Shown here: positions 1 to 5,444 of the stretch, piece after piece | Position numbering within the stretch: position 1 is the first letter of the stretch | How the letters are laid out: each line of letters begins with the position of its first letter | IMG/VR virus record: IMGVR_UViG_2534681940_000023 | Coordinates: 1-9,206 of that record | Strand: one strand, 5' to 3' | Source of the DNA: a virus | Taxonomy: Duplodnaviria; Heunggongvirae; Uroviricota; Caudoviricetes | DNA: 9,206 nt | The notes under the pieces: generated by a model | Told to the model about the DNA's origin: nothing | What the model saw: only the letters and a program-made list of their open reading frames with translations | Databases searched by the model: none | Program-made: the position numbers and the translations under genes

Positions 1-108
1 AGGACACGCCCCTGCATAAACAGGGGCATCAGCTCTGAACCTGGCCTGAACAATACGATCCCCATACGCGGGGCAATTTCAGGGGTCAGTAGTGCTCTCA
101 CGGTCACC

Positions 109-918
109 TCAATGAACGGTATCGAGCAGCTTTAACAGCTCAGGGAATCGGGATTCGAAGAAATGCGGCTGCGTCTCGCGCGGATTTGCGGGACTGGTGA
201 TGTTCTTGCCGAACATGCAGCCTTTCGCTGTCAGCGACCAGAATTTTTTGATGTTGTTAATCGCGGTACGGCTGTATCGTTCGCGCTGCTCGACGATCCC
301 CAGCTTCACCATCTGGTGATATGCCTGATTAGCTGTCAGGCGGATACCATACTGCTTCAGCAGTGCACTCAGTGACAGCGTGGGACGGCTTGAGCCATCA
401 GGCGCGTCAGCAGGAGCATCAATGGCATAGCGCGGTGCCAGATTCGGTAAGCCAACAGCCTCCTGGAGTTTCTGACAGGCACCAAGCACTGAAGAGTTAG
501 ACAGGTTTAACTCCCGGCGCATAAAGTCCAGCAGAATCACGCCAGCCTGCATCTTGTCAGCAGCCTGCCCGGATAATTTTTCCGGTGCGCTGGTTACCAT
601 ATCGAAAGTACGGATCACCTTCAGATGGAATGACGGGCTGATCCACATTGCATAGGCATACACCAGTTCCTTGCAGACATACGTTCCCCGTTCATTTCCC
701 CCATGAATCACACTCACCGGGTCAACACCCAAATTCTGGGTGTTGGTCAATTCATGAACAAGCTCAGCAGTCTGTTGGCTGGAAAGAAACTTTCCTGGCT
801 CCTTGGTTCTGGCATTTGCACCAGATGCTACTGCTGCGCGATGCAGATCGTTCAGGCTGTAACGCCCATAAGCATCACGACGAACTTCAATACCATCAAT
901 GACCATCAGATTATTCAT
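109..918 (-). CDS. KilA-N domain protein with antirepressor-like C-terminal half (269 aa)
   Basis: Track ORF 109..1020 begins at a TTG inside rusA, so I trimmed it to the ATG at 918-916, which follows GAGGAG (minus strand ...gatcaagaggagaaacgaagtATG). The N-terminal part (YSLNDLHRAA...GTYVCKELVYAYAMWISPSFHLKVIRTFD) fits the KilA-N pattern. The C-terminal half resembles phage antirepressor KilAC-type regions. Stop is TGA at 111-109. Confidence 0.8.
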   Translation of the reverse strand: MNNLMVIDGIEVRRDAYGRYSLNDLHRAAVASGANARTKEPGKFLSSQQTAELVHELTNTQNLGVDPVSVIHGGNERGTYVCKELVYAYAMWISPSFHLKVIRTFDMVTSAPEKLSGQAADKMQAGVILLDFMRRELNLSNSSVLGACQKLQEAVGLPNLAPRYAIDAPADAPDGSSRPTLSLSALLKQYGIRLTANQAYHQMVKLGIVEQRERYSRTAINNIKKFWSLTAKGCMFGKNITSPANPRETQPHFFESRFPELLKLLDTVH

Positions 919-937
919 ACTTCGTTTCTCCTCTTGA

Positions 938-1327
938 TCAGGCGGCTGCACCCGCCGTTTTCTCGTACTTACTGATAGTGATCTCGACCTTCCCTCCCGG
1001 GATAACCGGTCCCCACTCAACCAGCATTCTTTTCACCTGACTGTCGTCTTCCCACACACCCGCATGGGTCAGGGCGTCAAACAGCGCCTTGTTATAGTTG
1101 TCCAGATCGCGGATCCGGTTATCCGGCGGAAACAACACGATCTCCACTGAAGCAGGTGCCGACGTTGGTTTCGGCAGACGACGTAACTGCTCAACTATTG
1201 CTGCACACGCCGCGCTCTGGAATTTGCGCCCCGCCGCGCTTATCAGGCTCTTACCTGCAAACGCCCCTTTGTTGGGGTGTCGCCAGTACGTGTTCACGCT
1301 GGGCGGAAAAGGCAGGATCAGCTTCAT
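938..1327 (-). CDS. rusA: RusA-family Holliday junction resolvase (129 aa)
   Basis: MKLILPFPPSVNTYWRH...RIRDLDNYNKALFDALTHAGVWEDDSQV... matches the RusA layout (PPS-N-Y-R N-terminus, DLDN acidic motif, DD-Q-V). Its ATG overlaps the upstream stop as ATGA (1324-1327). The nin-region position next to a methylase is typical of lambdoid phages. Confidence 0.9.
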   Translation of the reverse strand: MKLILPFPPSVNTYWRHPNKGAFAGKSLISAAGRKFQSAACAAIVEQLRRLPKPTSAPASVEIVLFPPDNRIRDLDNYNKALFDALTHAGVWEDDSQVKRMLVEWGPVIPGGKVEITISKYEKTAGAAA

Positions 1328-1650
1328 ACTTTCAGGCCCCTCTCATGTAACCAGTGGGTTGCACGCAGCCTTGCGTTTTCCTCACCGGCAAGCAGTGCGC
1401 GGATAATCCCGACCGCCTCGCTGTCGTCGTCCTTCACCGCGGTATGAAGCGTTATCCCCCGGGCCACGCCACGCTTTATCGTGATGACGCCTTTTTTCTC
1501 CAGTGCGCGAAGATGCTCCACCGCTGCATTCACCGAACGGTATCCCAGCATGGTTGCCACCTCCTGATTGGTTGGCGGGAAGCCACGTTCTTTCTGATAA
1601 GAAATCAGCATATCCAACACCTGCTGCTGGCATTGAGTTAACGTCGTCAT
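1324..1650 (-). CDS. LexA N-terminal DNA-binding-domain-only protein (108 aa, no S24 peptidase domain)
   Basis: By-eye alignment to the E. coli LexA winged-helix domain: LexA [34 protein letters not shown] versus here PPTNQEVATMLGYRSVNAAVEHLRALEKKGVITI. The ORF ends about 35 residues later, so there is no Ala-Gly site and no Ser/Lys protease domain. ATGA overlaps occur at both ends (1647-1650 and 1324-1327). SD AGGGAG lies about 8 nt upstream. Confidence 0.8.
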   Translation of the reverse strand: MTTLTQCQQQVLDMLISYQKERGFPPTNQEVATMLGYRSVNAAVEHLRALEKKGVITIKRGVARGITLHTAVKDDDSEAVGIIRALLAGEENARLRATHWLHERGLKV

Positions 1651-2300
1651 GCCGCCATCTCCCTTACCAGTTTTTCTGCCTGCTGGCGAACCTGCGCCAG
1701 AAAGGCCTCACCACATGCCTCAAGTTCATCGCGCCCGATGTAGCTGATTGCCGGTCCCTTCCAGGTCTTGTCGAAAACAGCAATAGCACCAGCGAAGAAA
1801 GCGCCTGTCGGCACCTGCTTCTCATCCTTCGGGATAAACCAGGCAGGCAGTTCAAAACCAATACGCCCGCGAATAAAAGCAATATGATCTGCATCTTCCG
1901 GCCACCACACTTCGCTGGTGGCAGCTTTGATCAGGAAAACATAGCGCCCGCCTTTATCACGCATGGCACTGGCATGCTTCATGATGTAACGCATGCCGGT
2001 GATGTATTGCCCCTCATGCTGACTGGCGCGGCTGTATGGGGGATTACCAAAGGCAGCACCTTTAAGCTCCGCAAGACGTTCTGACCAGTCATGCGCCAGC
2101 GCGTTGTCTTCCGCCGTGTAATACGCGGCACATTTGGCGTTATCACCGTCAGTGAACAGATCCAGAACAAACGGACCAAACAAGGTGTTAATTCCCCAGA
2201 AAATGTTGTCCGGCGTGCGCCACTGATCGCCCACTTCCTTCAGTTCATGGGCTGGTTTGTTCCGCAGTTCTACCAGCGCCTGGCAATATTTATTACTCAT
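1647..2300 (-). CDS. Phage-type DNA N6-adenine methyltransferase (217 aa)
   Basis: It has the DQWRTP motif near the N-terminus and the catalytic FGNPPYS (NPPY) motif, as in the phage Dam methyltransferase family (YfdM-like). The start ATG at 2300 overlaps the upstream stop as TAATG. The stop overlaps the next start as ATGA. Confidence 0.85.
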   Translation of the reverse strand: MSNKYCQALVELRNKPAHELKEVGDQWRTPDNIFWGINTLFGPFVLDLFTDGDNAKCAAYYTAEDNALAHDWSERLAELKGAAFGNPPYSRASQHEGQYITGMRYIMKHASAMRDKGGRYVFLIKAATSEVWWPEDADHIAFIRGRIGFELPAWFIPKDEKQVPTGAFFAGAIAVFDKTWKGPAISYIGRDELEACGEAFLAQVRQQAEKLVREMAA

Positions 2301-2392
2301 TAAGCCCCCACGTAAAAAGCATCCGCAATGTCTCCGGAAGTACAGCCCGGATGGGCTTCAATGAATTTCTGAACGTCATTTAACAGACTCAT
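2300..2392 (-). CDS. 30-aa ORF (MSLLNDVQKFIEAHPGCTSGDIADAFYVGA), possibly the N-terminal fragment of a winged-helix protein
   Basis: It is below the ORF-track size cutoff and I found it by reading the minus strand. The ATG at 2392-2390 follows GGGGGTGATC and lies 2 nt after the replication-gene stop. Its TAA overlaps the methylase ATG (TAATG). The peptide resembles the first helices of small wHTH proteins but stops after 30 residues. Confidence 0.3.
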   Translation of the reverse strand: MSLLNDVQKFIEAHPGCTSGDIADAFYVGA

Positions 2393-2394
2393 GA

Positions 2395-3375
2395 TCACCC
2401 CCTGAATCCTGCCGGGATCTGGCTGTAGTCCACGTTGTCGTAACTGGCTTTGAAGTACGGGTCTTCACGTTTTTCTATGTGCGTGCTGACGGACGGCGAT
2501 AAGCGCAGGGAAAGCTCATCCCATTTTTCCCGCAACTTCGACGGGCTGAGCACGTTACGGCACCAGAACGGATCGCGGCTGACGCGGCTGTACATCTCGC
2601 AGATTTGTTTGTGAGTACGACCATCCTGCACACACATCAGGCGAATTTCGTTTGCCCATGCTGTCCAGTTCGGTTCTTTGGGACGAACCACCTCGCCGTC
2701 ACATTCGGCGGCCTGCTCGTACAGGGCGATGATTTTTTTCCAGAGCCACTGTGCGCAGGTCAAATCATCCTGCGTTCCCCACTGGCGCTTTTTAGGGCTG
2801 AATACAACCGCATCAGGATGGCGAGTTAAAAACTCCTGTTCAGCCGTTTGCGTGTCCGGTTGCGAAGCGTCCGGACGAGAAGAGGTTTTATTCTCTGTAG
2901 TAATCTCTGTTGTATTCTCTGTAAGATCGAAATTGGTTTTCCCTTCTCCGCGGCGAGGGGTTTCCCGTGTCCGCTGTGAAGGCTTTCCCTCCTCCGCGAA
3001 ATTGGGTTTTACAGTTTCCCGAAAACGGGTTTCCCCATTTCGGGAAAACTGATTGTTTTCATTGATAAGTTCATTAAGGCGCTCACAATCTATACGGTAG
3101 AACATTTTGTGCTCAAGACGCTTGTTGGTTTCAACCAAAATGCCTCTGGACACAAGATGCTTACGCGCTACAGCCTGTTGTTCAAATGTAAGTCCGGTTT
3201 CGTGTTGTATCTCTTCACGCGTTTTATGTACGCCTTCCGCTGCATGTGCTTTATCCTGCCAGTAAAAAATCTGACCAAAGAAAATAACAGCGTGCGGACT
3301 TCCCATGTATTTAACGAGCCCAGGGTAATAAGCAACCGGATGCCCAAAATCGAGCAGAAGATCAGACGGACGCAT
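2395..3375 (-). CDS. Replication initiator / replisome organizer, lambda O-like (YfdO-like C-terminus), 326 aa
   Basis: Track ORF starts at GTG 3381. The ATG at 3375-3373 has a better SD (GGGAGGTGGCT ATG). It has an N-terminal wHTH-like region, a low-complexity middle encoded by DNA iterons, and a conserved C-terminal region (WGTQDDLTCAQWLWKKI...PFWCRNVLSPSKLREKWDEL). Its position after the cII-like and Rha genes is as expected for a lambdoid O gene. Confidence 0.8.
   Translation of the reverse strand: MRPSDLLLDFGHPVAYYPGLVKYMGSPHAVIFFGQIFYWQDKAHAAEGVHKTREEIQHETGLTFEQQAVARKHLVSRGILVETNKRLEHKMFYRIDCERLNELINENNQFSRNGETRFRETVKPNFAEEGKPSQRTRETPRRGEGKTNFDLTENTTEITTENKTSSRPDASQPDTQTAEQEFLTRHPDAVVFSPKKRQWGTQDDLTCAQWLWKKIIALYEQAAECDGEVVRPKEPNWTAWANEIRLMCVQDGRTHKQICEMYSRVSRDPFWCRNVLSPSKLREKWDELSLRLSPSVSTHIEKREDPYFKASYDNVDYSQIPAGFRG
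2929..3050. repeat. Iteron array, putative phage origin of replication inside the O-like gene
   Basis: TTTCCC-centred units lie at 2938, 2961, 2984 (exactly 23 bp apart), 3015 and 3030, plus an inverted GGGAAA at 3042. Examples are GGTTTTCCCTTCTCCGCG, GGGTTTCCCGTGTCCGC, GGCTTTCCCTCCTCCGCG and TTTCCCGAAAACGGGTTTCCCCATTTCGGGAAAAC. The array is flanked at 2885-2925 by an AT-rich TCTCTGT x3 stretch. This mirrors lambda ori, which has iterons plus an AT-rich region within O. Confidence 0.55.
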
Positions 3376-3595
3376 AGCCACCTCCCAGACGCTTAAACAT
3401 TTTCCCGGACTGAAAAGCCACCAGCGGATAACTCAGGGTATGAGTACGCCCCTGAACCTGACAGACAACCTTCTGGCTTTCTGTGTTGACCAGACAAACC
3501 CGCAGAACGTGACCGTTGCTGGTGGTGAACCACTGCCCCACACGGGGGCAGTGGTTGTATCGGTGATACAGAGAATTCACAACACGACGAATCAT
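3362..3595 (-). CDS. Small phage protein, 77 aa, possibly DUF4222/SH3-like
   Basis: ATG at 3595 follows GGAGGTG and forms an ATGA overlap with the upstream ORF. The 3' end overlaps the O-like start by 14 nt. Its WF..G..LRV...Q.VV...G pattern resembles the 57-aa ORF at 5092-5265. Confidence 0.6.
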   Translation of the reverse strand: MIRRVVNSLYHRYNHCPRVGQWFTTSNGHVLRVCLVNTESQKVVCQVQGRTHTLSYPLVAFQSGKMFKRLGGGYASV

Positions 3596-3786
3596 GGACG
3601 CACCTCCGCCGTTGTGATGTATTTAACCGGGCTGCCTTTCATTGCGATGATTTCACACATCTCCGCTGCTTTACGTTCCGCTGTTTTCCTGGATTTATAG
3701 CGGCGGTGCCAAACAGACGTATCCGTGCGAACTGATACATCGTTTCTGTATTCCGTAGTGGAGATGATGATTTCGTAACTAATCAT
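3592..3786 (-). CDS. Hypothetical small phage protein, 64 aa
   Basis: ATG at 3786 follows a strong SD (AAGGAGGT, about 6 nt spacing). ATGA overlaps occur with Rha upstream (3783-3786) and the 77-aa ORF downstream (3592-3595). I recognise no family. Confidence 0.6.
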   Translation of the reverse strand: MISYEIIISTTEYRNDVSVRTDTSVWHRRYKSRKTAERKAAEMCEIIAMKGSPVKYITTAEVRP

Positions 3787-4346
3787 GGGCGTACCTCCTT
3801 GTCAGAACCATTCAGCCTGGAATCAACAAGTGCAGCACCAAAAACAGCATCACCTACACGGTCGTACAGTTTGCCAGCCAGCGGAGATTCAACAGCCTTA
3901 AGCATGGGATAAAGCTGGCTTCTCCAGATTTGATGGATTTCACGCAAATGCAGGTATACGCCTCTGGCGTTTTGTGCGACAGATGACATCTCAGCCGCAC
4001 CAGCTCCTGATAAGCTCCTCTCCATCTGGTTAAAGGCATTGATGTATGCCTCTTTGAACCGGGCGGCACGCTTGCCAGTGAAGCCCATAGCAAGGAATGC
4101 GAAGCCGTCGCGGGTGATTTGATAGCAGGGAAGTTTGCGAGTACCGCCGTTGGGCTGGCGTACCAAAATTGATGTCTCCGCAAAATTGCGGGCACAAAAC
4201 TCTGGAGAACAATCCAAAATGCGGATCTTTTTCAGAACATCGTCATGACGTTTAGAGAAGAAGTCAGCAACAGCCAAAGAAGATGTAACAGCCTGACCAT
4301 CAACGATGGCAATTTCAGGTTGAGAGAGAGTTGGGAAAGTAGTCAT
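3783..4346 (-). CDS. Rha-family phage regulatory protein (187 aa from the internal ATG)
   Basis: [41 protein letters not shown]...[35 protein letters not shown] is a typical Rha (pRha) domain, and Rha proteins start about 20 aa before the V-TS--VA--F-K-H--VL motif. The ATG at 4346-4344 has only a weak GGGG SD. The frame stays open upstream to 5444, so the true start is unresolved. Confidence 0.75.
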   Translation of the reverse strand: MTTFPTLSQPEIAIVDGQAVTSSLAVADFFSKRHDDVLKKIRILDCSPEFCARNFAETSILVRQPNGGTRKLPCYQITRDGFAFLAMGFTGKRAARFKEAYINAFNQMERSLSGAGAAEMSSVAQNARGVYLHLREIHQIWRSQLYPMLKAVESPLAGKLYDRVGDAVFGAALVDSRLNGSDKEVRP

Positions 4347-4638
4347 GGTGACAGCCCCTATGTTGAATTCAAAGAACTCACCACATGGGACGCCAATCAC
4401 AGAGGTGGTGAGACGTACAGGGTTGGCGTAACCGGTCAACATAGAACCCGGCGCATCTTGCGATGCCCCTGCACGCCCCACCATAATTTGGACGTAGCAA
4501 TGCTCATGATACGAAAAGACCGCATGAGCGCGGTTATGCTCTATATTGAATTCCAGGACGCCAATCCCGACACCCGCTTTATAAGGTGCCTGAACAGTGT
4601 AACGTCCCGAAATTGAGGAATCAATGTTTTGATAAAAT
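4347..4638 (-). other. Coding-like segment in frame with Rha but lacking its own canonical start
   Basis: Translation (...[88 protein letters not shown]) shows a strong G-at-codon-position-1 bias typical of real coding sequence. There is no ATG or SD between the ProQ-like stop (4639) and this segment. In-frame GTG codons at 4712 and 4709 have no SD. Confidence 0.3.
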
Positions 4639-5031
4639 TCAGCGATTAGACGCTTCTTTTCTACCCATATTAACTTTGAACAAGAGCTCCATACGACGAG
4701 TCCAGACACCACGTTCTTTGAGTTGTGCTCTGGCTTCTTCGCGCTCAGATACGGAAGTTCTGACAATACGATTTCCAGCCAGATTGCGGCGATATTCTCC
4801 AAACGCGACTGACTGAAGGTATGCAGCGGAGCTTTTGTACTGATAGATGGCTCTTCGAAGGCTGTTTTTATATTCCTTAGGTATATGTCCGAGATCGGCA
4901 AAAAGCTCATGAACGATATCGTGAACAAGCGGAACAACTTTGTATGGAATAACAAAGAAGCTTTCTGGATAGCGTTCAGCCAATACTTTAATGATTTCTT
5001 TATTTGCAAGATGCCTTGCTTTTCTTCCCAT
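4639..5031 (-). CDS. ProQ/FinO-domain RNA-binding protein (130 aa)
   Basis: ATG at 5031 has SD GGAGAA about 8 nt upstream. By-eye alignment to the E. coli ProQ N-terminal FinO-like domain: SSKEVIAFLAERFPHCF / [17 protein letters not shown]; LRSALRLYTSSWRYL / [15 protein letters not shown]; GATRVDLDGN / [10 protein letters not shown]; ARKQLEE / ARAQLKE. The gene is visibly more AT-rich than its neighbours. Confidence 0.8.
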   Translation of the reverse strand: MGRKARHLANKEIIKVLAERYPESFFVIPYKVVPLVHDIVHELFADLGHIPKEYKNSLRRAIYQYKSSAAYLQSVAFGEYRRNLAGNRIVRTSVSEREEARAQLKERGVWTRRMELLFKVNMGRKEASNR

Positions 5032-5061
5032 ATACCATTCTCCATTACTCCAGATATCAGA

Positions 5062-5089
5062 ATGATATATCCAGGTTCAAGCAGTTCAA
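5062..5089 (-). promoter_or_regulatory. Candidate internal sigma70 promoter ahead of the ProQ/FinO-like gene
   Basis: The minus strand reads GCTTGAACTGCTTGAACC (tandem TTGAAC). The first TTGAAC (5089-5084) is followed by a 16-nt spacer and TATCAT (5067-5062). This lies just after the stop of the 57-aa ORF and about 30 nt before the ProQ-like ATG. It is a motif match only. Confidence 0.3.
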
Positions 5090-5091
5090 GC

Positions 5092-5265
5092 TTATGCTGG
5101 TGCTTCGCACTCAACAAAATCACGACGAAACAACCACAGCGGGCTGAAGCATTCATGCGGATAACCATCACGCAGGTAAATAACCCGCTGTGTTTCCGGT
5201 TCCCAACGAATGACTCTGACGGGCACTCCGTAGTGATCTTTGAACCAGCGGTTAACTTGTTGCAA
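5092..5265 (-). CDS. 57-aa TTG-initiated small protein, DUF4222-like ([57 protein letters not shown])
   Basis: It is absent from the ORF track because it is under 60 aa. TTG at 5265-5263 lies 8 nt after GAAGGAGA (revcomp of 5273-5280), and the frame is closed by a TGA just upstream. TAA is at 5094-5092. The V-YLRDGY---C--P--F---F pattern matches my recollection of the DUF4222 small phage protein family. It is in the same frame as the ProQ-like gene. Confidence 0.5.
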   Translation of the reverse strand: MQQVNRWFKDHYGVPVRVIRWEPETQRVIYLRDGYPHECFSPLWLFRRDFVECEAPA

Positions 5266-5444
5266 AGGACTGTCTCCTTCTGCCGGTTGAAATCACCCAC
5301 AGCCCACTCTGCAAATCTGTGGGTTACAATTTCCCTGTCACCTGGTACATTCACTGCATAGCAATACTCCACCTTCGCTTTTCCACCCGGTACAGGAAGC
5401 GCAATCAGTTGCGAGCGACGGTAGTGTGTTGTTAAACTGTTCAT
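5266..5444 (-). CDS. Start-proximal part of an ORF ([57 protein letters not shown]...); 3' end unresolved
   Basis: ATG at 5444-5442 follows GGAGAA and overlaps the CII-like stop as ATGA, so initiation is well supported. The first 60 or so codons look coding. There is no in-frame stop until 3783, so the end given here is only where a better-supported gene in another frame begins. Confidence 0.4.

Noticed and set aside
8-74. Hairpins GCCCCTG-cataaa-CAGGGGC (8-27) and CCCC-atacgc-GGGG (61-74) downstream of the KilA-N gene
   Set aside because: The stems are clear, but neither is followed by a U-tract on either strand. They may overlap the start of the next, truncated minus-strand gene (ATG at 29-27). 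There is not enough context at the window edge.
109-1020. Full-length 303-aa version of the KilA-N ORF
   Set aside because: The extension starts at a TTG inside rusA and encodes Arg/Ser-rich junk. The ATG at 918 has a proper SD and begins exactly at the KilA-N domain.
163-2303. Antisense + strand ORFs (163-375, 648-902, 703-975, 1098-1406, 1354-1641, 1503-2084, 2091-2303) and nested - strand ORFs (1382-1633, 1664-1894, 1979-2179)
   Set aside because: All lie inside or opposite well-supported minus-strand genes, lack SD sequences, and have no recognisable protein features.
4514-4534. Intrinsic terminator after the ProQ-like gene (minus strand ACCGC-GCTCAT-GCGGT then CTTTTC)
   Set aside because: The stem is only 5 bp and the T-run is short and interrupted. 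It lies inside sequence that looks coding. It is too weak to call and is noted only inside a finding.
4358-4553. 13-nt direct repeat CTATGTTGAATTC (4358-4370) / CTATATTGAATTC (4541-4553)
   Set aside because: There is only one pair, with a mismatch, 183 bp apart. It simply encodes EFNI twice in the frame-A translation. There are no flanking features of an insertion, so it is probably chance or a small internal protein repeat.
4245-5361. + strand ORFs 4245-4616, 4586-4816 and 4885-5361
   Set aside because: They are antisense shadows of the minus-strand genes. They have no SD, and their composition (Arg/Ser/Cys-rich) is not protein-like.
3783-5444. Annotating the 553-aa track ORF as one ordinary protein
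   Set aside because: Its middle third overlaps, in a different frame, a gene with clear ProQ/FinO similarity and a small ORF with a good SD. Its own translation there has no recognisable features. I kept it as an anomaly in the findings rather than as a gene call.
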